From Kudoa neothunni (Eukaryota; Animalia; Cnidaria): a DNA stretch of 64,000 nt. The notes beneath the pieces were generated by a model. The model made no database searches, was not told where the DNA came from, and saw only the letters and a program-made list of their open reading frames with translations. How positions within the stretch are numbered: the first letter of the stretch is position 1; the number at the start of each line of letters is the position of its first letter. Shown here piece after piece: positions 1 through 12,438 of this stretch. The stretch spans positions 9,284,882 to 9,348,881 of the forward strand of contig OZ199840.1 in the NCBI GenBank assembly GCA_964304625.1, in the 5' to 3' direction. The position numbers and the translations under genes were made by a program.

Positions 1-19
1 GCTGAATTTGACAGTATTT

Positions 20-200
20 ATTAGGCAGATTTTTTTTTAAATTTCCAAATCATCTTATAACAATTTTCTACATACATCAAATCAAAAAAAATCTGGGGTC
101 TTTTTTACCCCAAAGCCCGTTGGAAGATAAAAATTTTGTTCGATAAGAAATAATCAATATTCCACATAAAGATTTTTATAAATCTATTTATTAAAAAAAT
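20..200. mobile_element. Subterminal fragment of the piggyBac-type non-autonomous family also present at 59475-60795
   Basis: Aligns by eye with ~60505-60680 (ggcaga..ttccaaatc..aacaattttct..ttttgttcga..taatcaatattccacataaa..aatctatttattaaa). Includes the GGGGTC..ACCCC palindrome typical of piggyBac subtermini. Confidence 0.6.
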
Positions 201-299
201 TTTGTGTATACATTTTAAAAAATGATAAATATTCACGGTCAAATACCAAATGAGGTTGTAATAACATTAATCATTGTTTTAAGGCTATTACAAAATTTA

Positions 300-1150
300 A
301 AAATGAAATAATTGGAAAATATGATAAGAACTCGAAGTAAAATTTTTAATTATTATCAAAGCAAGCTAAAGTTAAACATGATATAAATACAGTATTTCAA
401 GATCAAAACCCAATCATCCGTAGCGTAGGAAAAACTCATAGAATTATGTCTCGAATTTTTCTTAATAAATGCTATAATTAAAGATACAATCCTAAAAATG
501 TATAATTGAGATAAACATAAAAAATCTAGCCATGGATCTGATCAATTTGTGCAATAATTAGCATCTTTTTAAACAAAATATATACAACAAATTTTCCAAT
601 TTAAATTCTAGTCGTTTATATAGACGAATCGGGGGGTTTTGTTTCAACGAGAAGATCGTTTGGTAGAGCGATTTCTGAGATTGGAGCGAATTTCATAATT
701 TAAAAAGTCCAATTTAACAATATAACATTGATTTCAGTCGTAAACTGAGAAAGAATCTAGATCATTAAGATGGAACGTGAATCTGTAAACCAACATATAT
801 TTTATGTTTTCACCAGTAAATTATTAAATAATTATTTACTGATGAATAAATCAAAACAACTATCATTGTTATAGACAATTCTAGATTCCATCACACCAAT
901 TTAATTATGGAACTAATTCAGACGAACAATCATAAGCATCCGTTTTTTCCATTATATTCGTCATTTCTTAATCCTACCAAGGAGTTATCTCATCAATTAA
1001 AAACAACTTAAACGAATAAGTCGCCAAAAAATTAATAAGAAATGCTAAACATTATTATGGCGAGTCCCTAGAAGTTATCTCACCGAACTGTCTTAATTAT
1101 TCGAACCACGCTGAATCCTATTTCAAAGATGTTTCAATAAATAATTAAAA
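300..1150 (+). mobile_element. Decayed Tc1/IS630 (DDE_3) transposase
   Basis: Broken frames contain VYIDESG (~614-633), IIVIDNSRFHH (~862-894) and FPLYSSFLNPTKE (~946-984), matching the three catalytic motifs DE / DN / LPPYSPxLNPIE. Many stops. Confidence 0.75.
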
Positions 1151-2339
1151 TAATTCATTTACTAAGAGAGTTGCATTTAGATCTTGAAATACTGTATAAT
1201 AAAAGCTATTAGAACCGATACTTCATTACTCTTATTTAATGACAACTTTAATTAAATTATGTATATATAAGGACGGAGACACTATTGTTTGGATAATATT
1301 AAAAAAATGATGTGATGTAAATAATTTAATATTTTTAGGTTACTTCTAGGCTGTTGCTTTGTTGCAAAGAAATTTAATAGTGAATTGTGTGTACGTCATT
1401 TTAAAATCGCATAAAATGCTATTTATAAATAATATACATGTCTCATTTTTTAGAATACGCTATAGTTAATTATTTCCGGTCAACAGTAATTAAATATAGT
1501 TGAAGCTGTTGATACCTGATTACTATGGTACATAACAATAATTACTTCGTAAATTTAAATCTACCGTAGTTAGCTTCAGAATGCTGAATTTTATTATTAT
1601 ATATGATAATAAACATCATCAATAAATTCATAACTAAATTGATGAAGCTTAATACTTCAAAAGAATCCAAGCTAAGAACTAATGGTTTAGTTATTTTTAG
1701 AGAGTAATATTTGATGTCAGCTTTCAAAACGTGATAAATAAACTGTAAGCCCGAAACGAAGTATTTTGTCTTAGTTTTCACTGATTATTAATTACTATTT
1801 AATCATGCGATTTTTTGATTTTTTTACTACCATAGGATTATTAATCATTCAAATTATCATCACCTCATAGCTTACTCAGAATCGAATTCTTCACTATATC
1901 GTTTTTCTCATCACTGCTGAATTTCCGTAATAGAGAATCTACAATGAAAATTAAAAAAAGTACCATAACATGAGTTAAAATTCTTAAATTTGGATTCTAA
2001 CTACATTTAATCAGAAAAGAGGCTAACTCTCTAAAATTCCTCTAATTATATCTTTAACATATTAACAATAGGAGAGAATAATGCGACTAAATTGGAAGTT
2101 TGATTTCACACCTATCTCCAAAATTGGAACCAACTTATCACCAATATAAAATTACATAAGACAGCCTACAATAGAACCTACATTCATCACAAACAATCTG
2201 TTATTTAACGCATGCAAAATATCACTAGAGTTTTCAAGAGGAAAACAAACTTAGCGAATAAATTAAAACTTCAAAATCTATGAAAAATTTTGTGTATATA
2301 TATAAAAACATGGTTATAAACGGAGTGGTATGGCAGTCA

Positions 2340-3424
2340 CTAAGAAGTGGAATAATCTGATTGTGATCGAGGGCACATAGTTTTGAGTTTATCATCCGAC
2401 TCATCGCTCATCAGTTCCATTTCTGTTTTCTGTTTCAACCTATAGATTTCATCCCATAGCTGATCACTGGAGGCGGTTCTTTTAACCTCCAAAAGTTTCC
2501 TTAGTAGTTTGTTCTCAGAGAACAATTGAGATATCCATTCGAGTTCATTTTTCGATGTTTCACTATCCAAACTGATAGCGGTTCTTATCACATTAATCAT
2601 TTCGGACAGTTTATCATCTTTTTCTGCAATTTTCTAAAAATGTTCGAGTCAAAGATTTTTAGAAAATTATAAATTTCATTCGCAAACAACTACTCTTTCC
2701 AGTTCTTCAATCACTTTACGAGCTTCCATTACAAATTTTCCGTCTTTACTGTTCAACAGTTCCATCACCTAATTTGCGAATTATTCGATGATTTGAAAGC
2801 ACCAACGAAACCAATCCAACAACTGTGGCAGTATTTACATGGGCTCTATATTTCTCCATAGCATACTGTAACACAGTACTGTGTTCAACGAGTAATGAAG
2901 CCAGATGCTCATTTTCTTTGATTAGCCGCCGATTTTCGTTTTGCAACCCATCCACTTCATTCACCAGAGTTGTATTGCATTTCTTCATATCAATCGCATT
3001 GTCTGAATCCAGCATAACTCTATCATTAATGGATTTGTTTTGGCTGTATTTGAATATGGATGAATTCTGCAGACTACACAATTTCTATTTGAAACCACAC
3101 CCCCAGAATTAACTACTTCTCAGTCAATTCATATGCAGGATTTGTTGTTGTTAGACGATCAATAGTTTCCAATTTGTTATTGGCCTTAAGAATGTATTAA
3201 ACAAGCACTTTTGTGAGTTGGAAAGCAATTGTGCCAAATATTACCCAGTTGAGCTGCTTCACTTTTTCTGTTATATTTTTGGCATCGCCTGACAACTTTT
3301 CTATACTGTCGTCATTCTTTTTTAGCGCTTCCAAAACTTCTTTCACTCTTATAAGCAGTGATTCCATTTTCCGATTGATGGCGCAGCCATCCGAATACAT
3401 AATTCTACATGATTCTTTCATCAT
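2340..3424 (-). CDS. FGFR1OP2: SIKE/FGFR1OP2 family coiled-coil protein (STRIPAK), ~5 exons
   Basis: LIKENEHLASLLVEHSTVLQYAMEKYR resembles LQQENKELRTSLEEHQSALELIMSKYR, and MINVIRTAISLD...ISQLFSENKLLRKLL resembles MAAVMRKAIEID...IFQLEQENKGLREIL. GT-AG introns link ORFs 3197-3424, 2746-3081 and 2340-2600. Confidence 0.8.
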
Positions 3425-3760
3425 GAGTTTAAATTATTTTTCATCATTTACATCAGTTTTGGCTGTGCTTTAGATGTTTTTAATTGGTTGTTATTTTTTG
3501 TGTAGCTTACGGTGGTTTTATATCCCTGTAGAGTTAGATTATTCGAACTCTCTGGAAACATTGAAAATATCGTTATTTCTATCTGGAATAATTTTTTAAA
3601 AGTTTTTTGTTACTCTTTATGTAATTTGTAATTTTTTATTTATAAATTTAAAAATGAAAATAATGGTGTGAATATATAAAATAATATTGAGTGAAGTTCT
3701 ATTTGATATATTTTTTGGATGAGAATTAATTTTATGTTGAGGTATAAAAATCTAAATTAA

Positions 3761-5220
3761 CCCTCAAATATCTGGATACTTGGCCCGGAGTGGAGTGGAG
3801 TGAAGTAAAGTGGTTCAGTGTGGTCCACTAGAGAAAAATCGTAAATAAGTTATTTTCATTCATGCGGTTTACCATTCCAATGTATTGAAGAAAATATTAG
3901 ATTTATAAACTTAGTAAGTATGCGGATAAACGAAAAAACACAAAAGTCACGTAAATAAATATCTAAATAGATATTTAGGACTACAAAGGGCCACATGAAA
4001 CTAATGAATTTCACAAATGGCGGTGTATAAACTATTTTATATATACGGGAGTATTTTTAATAAATTATACTTTAATATACGAGTATTAAAGCGTATAAAT
4101 GAAATTTATAATGATGGCCATTGCGGTAGAAACCGTCCGAAATGATTTCTGATAGAAAATTAATTTTCTTGACGCCTTATTATTTGAAGAAGGCATCAGC
4201 TGAGGATTATTGTGATATAAATGGCATCGACGAAAGTATCCGAAGTTTCTTCAGAAATCTCTTGTGTCGTGTCAAAAGATGGGAAAATGATACAAAACTC
4301 CAAGAATGGCTGAAAAGGAGAGTGACATAGGAAAAATTATTCAATGGAAATTAGAATTATTAAAAAAGAAAGAAGTACAGGCAAACTCCATTGAGCCATT
4401 GAGAGTAGTTGGTAATTTCTTGAGCCCTTTTGTACTTGATGAGATCGTATACTGCATCGATATGTTAATCCAAATTTTATCAGACTAAGAGAAAGAAAAT
4501 TTACTTGGTTGAAATCATACTTATTTAAGTGATGAAAACATTATAAAATTCTGGGATAAAAATGTGGTCTATCACCTGTAATAAAAAAGATTTTAGAAAT
4601 CGCGATGACAAATTAACTTCGATTAGATAAATTTTTGACTCTTTCACATAAACGTACAAGGAAAGTTACAACCCTTACTCTCAGTTAACTGATGATGAAC
4701 ATCCGGTTACATGTAGAGAATAATACCCCTTCAAAATGTTTATCCCATTAAAGCCTGTTAAACATGGAATAAAAATCTGGGCTTTGTGTGACGCAATAAA
4801 AACGTATCTCCACAATGCAAAAGTATACGTTGACAAAGATAATGGAGTGAACGAAAATGTTGTGAAAGGTCTAATGCAACTATACTCAAACGAAGGTCTA
4901 AATGTAGCGACAGATAATTTTTTCAACATCATGTCGTTTGCAAGACACTTAATTTCACGACTATTAATATTGGAAAAATGACATAAAATAAAAAATTTAA
5001 TGTACTCCAATTCCAGTCGGAAAAGGGAAAAGAAAATGAAATCAATTTCTTCTTCATGATAAATATAAATATATCCTTGTGAAATTCAACCGAAAGAAAA
5101 ACAAATCTGCAGTTCTTTTAAGCTCTCAACATCGAAACATTGAAATAAACAAGGAAAAACAAATCTGAAGTTGTAATATATTACAATTCAACCAAAGATG
5201 GTGTAGATACTCTAGATCAG
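3761..5220 (+). mobile_element. Decayed piggyBac element (left end plus transposase to YNxTKxGVD), interrupted by hAT insertions
   Basis: TTAA|CCCTC left end at 3757-3765. Translated remnants RDDKL..YNPYSQLTDDE, FIPLKPVKHGIKIWALCD, NVATDNFF and YYNSTKDGVDTLDQ are piggyBac DDD motifs. Confidence 0.85.
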
Positions 5221-5396
5221 CGCGGCCCAGCCCAACCGGGGTTCGATAGAACTCTGGTTGTTCGAAAAGTCAATGCTAGATACATTGATGATTGATTGAT
5301 GATGATGATGATGATGAAACTATCAAATATATATGAAAGTCTGCAAGAAAATTATAAAAGATATTTATATGTTTATTTTTCTTGTATATTTATATC

Positions 5397-7253
5397 TAGG
5401 CATTGCCGTTTATTTTTAATCCTGCATTGCGCAGAAAGTTGAAAAAACAAGCATCAAAATCAAAATATGTTAGATTAAACAGTTAATTTTCTATTAAATT
5501 ATAATATTGACAACATGCGAGAGCGATCTGGCGACAGTTTCCCTCTATCCATAGTCAATGTCAATATATGCTTTAATTTTGAAAAGCTACATTCAACTAT
5601 GATCGAAGACAGCGGAATTGAAGATAAATCTAAAGCAACTTTTGAAAGTATGGGACACTTTCTAGTGTACTCTTCTTTCGACGTAATTTCAAAATTTTCT
5701 CCTTGATCGTCACATTTAAGGAAGTTAATATATTCACTCTTGAGTCCATTAAGGTCCTTGCTTTCAACATAAGGAGAAATTAACATTTTTAAAACTAGGA
5801 CTGCATAGATCAAGACCATCCATCGTTTTTAAGAAATCAAGTGAAAGAAAACAATCTTTAGTCTGCATTGTCACTATTATTGATATTTCCAAAATCAAAG
5901 AATCGATGAATTGTGTCATATTCTCAAGGATCTTTTGTCGACGACCAAGTGGAAATATTGAAATAACATTTTCATAATTGCGTAGTATTTCTTCTTTAGG
6001 AATATTATATTTATTGTTTATCCAATTGTAAAGTTGTGAAAGTCCAAAAGAATTATCAGATTCAATTAAGGATGAGAATTTGTATAATGGATCAAGGGTA
6101 GATATTATAAATTGTATATCAATAGACATTTCGTTAAAGATTCTTCGGAGAGTTCAATGTATTCAATAAATTTGGAGAGAGATTTGTGTCTGGATTCCAG
6201 AAAAAAGTTCTTTTATTGCTGAGAAATAATATCTACATCTACAGCAAAGAAAAGAAAAGAAAACACTTGTAAAAGCTGTACCACCTAATGTCGATTGGAA
6301 TTTCTTTACGATATTCGATTTATTGTATATCCAAATAATGCAAAAATCTAGTTTTTACTTAGCAATGCAGAAAATTTTCATACAGAAATGTTTGACAACG
6401 TGGAATACAGTATCTATTGATTTTTTCGCGGACAAATATGGATAAGATGTGAAAACCACGGTATCCTAATAATATTATGATACATGGTAGATATACTTCT
6501 GTAATATTTTTTCATGTATGGTGCAGAATCAGATACAATTGCCATACATTGTTTCCACATAATTTCGTAATTATTTAAGGATTCCGACACTTCAATGGCA
6601 ATTATAATGGCATTGCATTCACGGAGAATTTTCGAATCAAACATAAGTATTCTCCTCGTCGATGTCTCATGATCGTGGCAACAAGCCAAAATATTTAGCA
6701 AAGTCCTATTTCTAAGATTTGGCGATTCATCGATAATGAAAGAAAATCAATTATTTTTTAACAATAATTTCACACATTCATTATTTTGTTGAAATAAAGA
6801 TGGCAATTGCTTTTCAACCAAGGCTCGACTATTAGGTAATGATCTGGAAGGTATCTAGTATTCAGCCAAAAACTTATGTAAGGTACTTTTTTATCCTTGG
6901 AAGACCATCATATACAACCATGCAAACTAAATCTATTTCGACATCAATGTTATTCTTATCTCTAAAAAGGAGATTAAGAACTGGTTGGGAATTTTCATGA
7001 GAAATTTCGTAGATATATGTTTATTCGAGTTGACGTGTTCTACAACTCTATTTTGTTGCATAGGTAGTTTTTATTTTGCAATATTCGCAAACAAAATTTT
7101 CATCGATGATTTCCAAATCAACCCATTCTGTCGAAAAACTGTCAATTGATCTTCGCTTTCTACCCATTTTAAATTTAAACTTGCTAGCGAAATGGCCGAA
7201 AAATTCGCCAAAAAATAAACGTCCAAAATTTTTTAAAAATTCGACAATGCCTA
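5397..7253 (-). mobile_element. Decayed full-length hAT element with CGGBP1-like N-terminal zinc finger
   Basis: TIRs TAGGCATTGCCGTTTATTTTTAA / TAGGCATTGTCGAATTTTTAA and 8-bp TSD tttatatc/tctataac (6/8). Transposase fragments MGRKRR..FVCEYCK..RVVEHVNSNKH, FIIDES, IVSDSAPYMKK and the dimerisation motif PILSKVALDLSSIPLSSIIVECSFS. Confidence 0.88.
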
Positions 7254-7639
7254 TCTATAACTATTTTCACCATGATATCTCAAGTAACGTCTTAAATTAT
7301 ATTGTTGAGGGAGGAAATTTTTGAAAGGCTAGATTTTGTCTTCATCGTCGTCAAATTTATGAAAATTTTCATTTCCGTTACGGTTACCATCATTTAAAAA
7401 TAAAAACACTAATATTTTCGTCATTTTTCGTCATTTTTCAATATTTTCAATATTTTTTTCGCTCCATTCCTTAGCTGAATTTCGAAAAATATTATAATTT
7501 CATATTTCTCTTTTAAAATTACAATTCGATCTTAATTTTTCCCCCCATTTCGCCATTAATCTAAAACAAAATCTCAGCGAGCCGAAAAGTTACTAACCCC
7601 ACGTCACCACAAAATAATCCATAAAAAATATAGTTAATT

Positions 7640-8100
7640 CATTCAAAAAATTTTATCAATATTCTCAGTGGTTAAATAAAAATTTTTAACTTGTTTGAGA
7701 AATAAATAACTTATTTTAATCTTACGTGTACGGTAATTTTCAACGATTTCTCATATTAAGAGCTACACGTCAGCAACTGTGTTTTTATATAAACGATTAA
7801 TTTTACTCTGACAATACCTTGTAATATTTGAGGACGATGCATTTGTGATATTCTCCCCATCCGGATATGATCGTTAAGTTGTCCGGTTTTTGGTGCAACA
7901 TCCCCTAATAATATAAAATTTTTCGCTTTTTTAAGTGTTCGTAACTCTCTCGTATGAAATCAATAAGATATTATTATATTTATAATTTGGGTTTTAATCG
8001 GCTCATTTTATTGGTAATTCTTGGGTTCTCGTTACATTTAATGTACAGGCTTTATAAATCTTAGATTAACAGTTCTTGATACTCTTAATTATATTATATA
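7640..8100 (-). mobile_element. Possible Tc1-like transposase N-terminal remnant
   Basis: Coding-like, stop-ridden stretch resembling the HTH region of Tc1/IS630 transposases. No catalytic motif seen. Confidence 0.3.
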
Positions 8101-8854
8101 ATTTTTATCATATTTAAAAATTAAAGTATAAATTATACATGGTAAAATTAAAAATATGATGCCCTACATTGTTCAGTTAAATACCTGGTCAAACATAAGG
8201 AACGCATTAGCTTCGATTAGGGGTATAAGGGATTATAAGCAAGTAAATTGAATTGATAACATTCGAGAATAGGCATTTACTGAGCATCAAAGCAGTTACG
8301 GCCGCTATTCTTAAAAATAACATTGCTTAAAAGTTTGACGATTATGATTTCTAATGCAGATATGTAACATTATGGTTAGTTTTACTTGCCATTAACCAAA
8401 AGCTACCTTAATGTACGGTATTTAGTTTATCCATCTTAAAGGTGGTTATTATACTCAAGAGAATAATGAAAATGTTTTTTAACATGACTACAATCTTTTT
8501 TCGTATTCCTTTTTTAATTGATTAAAGTTGTTCTTCCCAGCTTACACGAAAATTAAACAATCCCAAATCACGTTACAGTTGAAATTCATCAATATATTCA
8601 GTAGGTAATAATCGGATAATTTATGGATTTAGTTAATAACTTTATTAAACAAAAAAATATATAGCAACCTCTAATCTCCATCAATTTCTTCATTCCACTA
8701 GGTTTACCTGTAGAGTGGTTTTTTCCGTTGCACACATATTGCACAGAATATCAACGGGAGTATTATAGTAATAATGATATTCCGGTCCAAAATATCTGAA
8801 CCTAGCAATACGTTTGTTTTTGTAAACTTCAATTTTATAACTCACACACTATAG

Positions 8855-10259
8855 AAACGATATTGTGACTATCTCCAATGAATCACTTGACCTTTTATTC
8901 CAAAATATCGAATCCATAGAATCCAAAATGTTCGATTGTAATTATTTTGTTGTTGTCTGTGGTTTTTTGTATTTTGCTGCTAATTTTTGTTTGTTTGTTT
9001 GTTTGTTTAAATAAAACTATTTGGATACTCCTAATATTACAATATAGGTCTCAAATATCGGTATTATCGATATTATGTTAAATTATCAAAAGGCGTGCGT
9101 ATATGGACTATAACCAATGTCGAACCTACTACAGATAATGTGGTTTACACCAACAATAAAATTCCCGCCGAAATTGATCCTTCCAAAGAACCTTTACTAT
9201 TATTACATGGGTTTATGGCATCGGCTGGATTTTGGGTTTTGAATTTGGACAGCTTAACCCAATCCAAACACCCCGTTTATGCTATCGATCTGCCTGGTTA
9301 TTCACGCAGCTCTAGAATAGATTTGGGTTCCAACCCAATAGAATGTGAAAAAAATTATAACGATGTGATAGAAGAATTTATATCCACTTTAAATATCAAA
9401 AAACTAACATTTATAGGTAACTCAATTTCATCTACACGAGTAATAGTTCATTATTAATGAACCCAACTTTAGGTCATAGTATGGGTGGCTTTTTAGCTTC
9501 AGCATATGCACTTCAACATCCACACCAAATGAATAATCTTTTACTCATCGATCCATGGGGATATGAAGATATCAAAGAATTAATCGTGAACAACCTTAGG
9601 GATGGCGACTGGGTCGACTATCGTTAAAGAAGTGTTCAACTGGCGACATTATTTCCGTTTCATTGGGCTGGTCATTTCACCATACTCCTATTTCTCACTT
9701 TTCCGTACCTTTGGAGAATCTTTTACTGTTACATTTTTAAAATGGACCCACCCTTCATTTCAAAAATGCTATAGCAATATATTAACAGTACCCGCGATGA
9801 TCTCATAATTTACAAATACATACATCATTGTAGTTCCTGCGAATACAACAAGTACTGTTGTTGGTATAATGATTTCTTTTAGTGATTTTTTGTTGTTAGT
9901 GGCGAATTGTTTATGCCCCTGATGTGTGTTTCCCTTGGATGGTCGTTAAGACCAATGCTTTCCAGATTTCTATCAGTAAAGTTCAATAGGTTGGACCATG
10001 TGGAGACACAATCCAAAAGTTCAAATGATTTAAACTCAATGAGAATGCTGTTTGTATACGGCGAAAAATCGTGGGTTAGGAAATACCCGGGTTACATGGT
10101 AAATCTAGGTTCATGTTATTGTTTAATACCTTGAAAATTTAGATTAAACAAGAAAGGCCAGATTTAGATGTAAAAATAAAAATAATTAAAAACGTCGGCC
10201 ATCAAGTTGTTTTCGAGGATCCCGAAGAATTTCTGTTGGCAATAGAAGAATATTTATAA
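8855..10259 (+). CDS. ABHD4: ABHD4/ABHD5-family alpha/beta hydrolase (5' end uncertain; two apparent 1-nt indels)
   Basis: Motifs IESKMFDCL..VRIWT, PLLLLHGF..GFWVLNLDSL..VYAIDLPGYSRSSR, GHSMGGFLASAYAL..LLLIDPWG, YIHHC, GWSLRPML, VYGEKSW and GHQVVFEDPEEF. The nucleophile is Ser (ABHD4-type), not Asn (ABHD5-type). Confidence 0.85.
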
Positions 10260-10738
10260 TCGCGATCCTAATATTTTTATTCTATACTTTTTTAATTCAT
10301 ATTTTATTAAAATCGTTGCTTAAACCGTACCTAAAGTCTCATTCAAGTACACCCATTTTTATGTGTATAATACATTTATATTAAAATTATTAATATTTAT
10401 GTATTTTAACTTTGAACAGTACAATTGTGAATCTTTAAAAAATCTGATAAAACAACAAATATCTTTTCCTGTGTGTATGGAAGTTTTACCAAAGAAAATT
10501 TATGCCACACATAAAACCAATGTAATTCATCCTTCGCATCCATGGTTGTAATAATTTTAAAAATACTATGTGGAGATTTTTAACACATCTTAGACCTTAA
10601 AAATTCTATTAAGAGAACTATAAATAATTTAGAATTAAATTAATAAATTATTTTTTGAATTTTTCAAAGTGTCATACAAACAATTTTTAATTATTTTTAA
10701 TATCTATGTAACAGAAGGAATAAAAACACTTACACTTT

Positions 10739-11410
10739 AAGTATTTCCAAAGCTTCTGTCTTTCGCGCCCATTTTTTCCAGCTAAAAATTTTCTTGCCCT
10801 AACTATTTTCAAAAGTATTCGTCTCCTAACTTAACCCACGTATAATTTCGAATCAAGCTTCACATCACATTAGAATTTATAAATGATTAATATTTATTTC
10901 CAATCTCGTTAAAATAAGAATGCATTCGATCCGATCTTATTTTATTTATCGATAGAGCTTAAAAATTAACATCTTCAGTTCTTTGCTGCATCAAAAACCG
11001 CGTTAAGTGAAACTAATGGCAATCCAACCCGCATTGGGAAAGAATTTCTTGTATGCGTGGTTTATAAGCCGAAAATAAATAACATGTATAGAAAATTACT
11101 AATTATTATATTAGGGTAAATCAAATCAGAGAGCACGACTTTAAATGAGTCAAGGTTGGGGCGAAAATCATTCCAATTATATTTGGGGTATAAATCAAGT
11201 TAAATGTTATTACTTATATGTATAACTTAGTCATTGTTTTATAATATTGATAGTCATTCAAAAATAATCAAGGTCAAAAATCGAATTATAGATCTAATAA
11301 TACGTTACATTGTCTAATTGGTGCGCCATTATCCTGCTACACCAATGATCAGGAATTCCCACGTCCCACCCGAAGTGATCATTTAACTTTCAAAAATTTT
11401 CAAGAACCAT
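10739..11410. mobile_element. Internally deleted hAT (Charlie/Buster-like) element, related to 55968-56827
   Basis: Colinear similarity to the 55968 copy (gcgccca, ttcgaatcaagct, attaacatctt, gttaagtgaaact, cattggg, aaggttgg, aaatcattccaatt, atttggggta). Confidence 0.7.
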
Positions 11411-11614
11411 CGCTTATATATTATTATTTACCATGTAAATAGTAAATAGCTACTTTTTAATATATATGTTTATAAATGACACTTGGATAATATCAAGGAA
11501 ATCGATACACCGATTGACTCAAAATAATCTAAAAATATATTTTTCAAATTGATTATTGACTTAAATATTTTGTTTTTATGCGAATGACAAATGTGATTGA
11601 TGTGTTTGTGTATC

Positions 11615-12075
11615 TTTTTTGTCTTTATACGGGGCAAAACCATTGGTGCAACTTATTAAATTGTGGAATTGTGGCTGATTCGACCACTCTCACTAACGTT
11701 GTAGGCTCCACAGGGCGAGGAACATCCGCCACCTTATCTTACCGCGGTAGTGTAGGTGTTCTATTCATTAAACATCCTCTTTTGTGGCGAAATCACCGCC
11801 AAAACCCTATCCATAAGGACCTTGTCCTACAGAGATTTCAAGCAAATTAGTGCATCCTGGAAGATTAAAATGTCTCAGCTCAGTCAACCTCCTCCACCGG
11901 ATCGAACTATAACTGCAGTTGAGATTATGCTTATAATGCAATCACACTCTAACAGCTGCCCCATTATGGGATTGAGACACACTCGTACGGCAGCAATCGA
12001 CTGATCTGAGGTGGGAATCGAACTCTCTACCTCCAGATACTGAGTGTAGTCAGCACACTACTGGGCTATAAGTAC
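11615..12075 (-). mobile_element. tRNA-derived SINE, copy 1
   Basis: Minus-strand head TAGCCCAGTAG (A box) ... GGAGGTAGAGAGTTCGATTCCC (B box). Body and A-rich tail are shared with 43208-43622. Confidence 0.75.
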
Positions 12076-12438
12076 TCGACTATTTGTGTATCTAAGCGAA
12101 AGCGCCAATATTGTAAGCAAAGCTCAAAATTTGGAAATATAATGCAAAATTTGAATACATCATATTAAAATAAATATTCTTTCATCCAATAAATTTAATA
12201 AAGGAACTTGGGCATAAAATGACTATCGTAACACAGAGAAAATGCCCATGTATAATTTACACGAAGTAAATATAAAAAAAACTCTATAAATATTCTATCT
12301 TGATTTTAAGTTAATCAATAATTAGTAAAAAAATATTATACAACTTTCAAACGTCTGCTGAAATAATGGAAAAATTAGCGCCAATAAAATGACCTCATCA
12401 GATTATAGACAATATAATTGTAGAACTAATGTTTATTT

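Noticed and set aside
1542-2110. ORF 1542-1781 and nearby splice-like signals
   Set aside because: No recognisable homology, and I could not assemble a consistent gene model.
3787-3815. (GGAGT)n short repeat as a CRISPR or telomere-like array
   Set aside because: A few degenerate pentamers inside a piggyBac left end. No spacers.
9600-9640. In-frame TAA in ABHD4 (and TAA/TAG in MDH, AQR, RPB7) suggesting stop-codon reassignment
   Set aside because: Homology continues in a different frame after each stop, so these are indels. TAA/TAG also end intact genes normally.
11990-12075. tRNA-like sequences with a CAG 'anticodon' (also 43545-43620)
   Set aside because: Stems are broken and both are attached to a shared body and tail, so they are SINE heads and not evidence of a genetic-code change.
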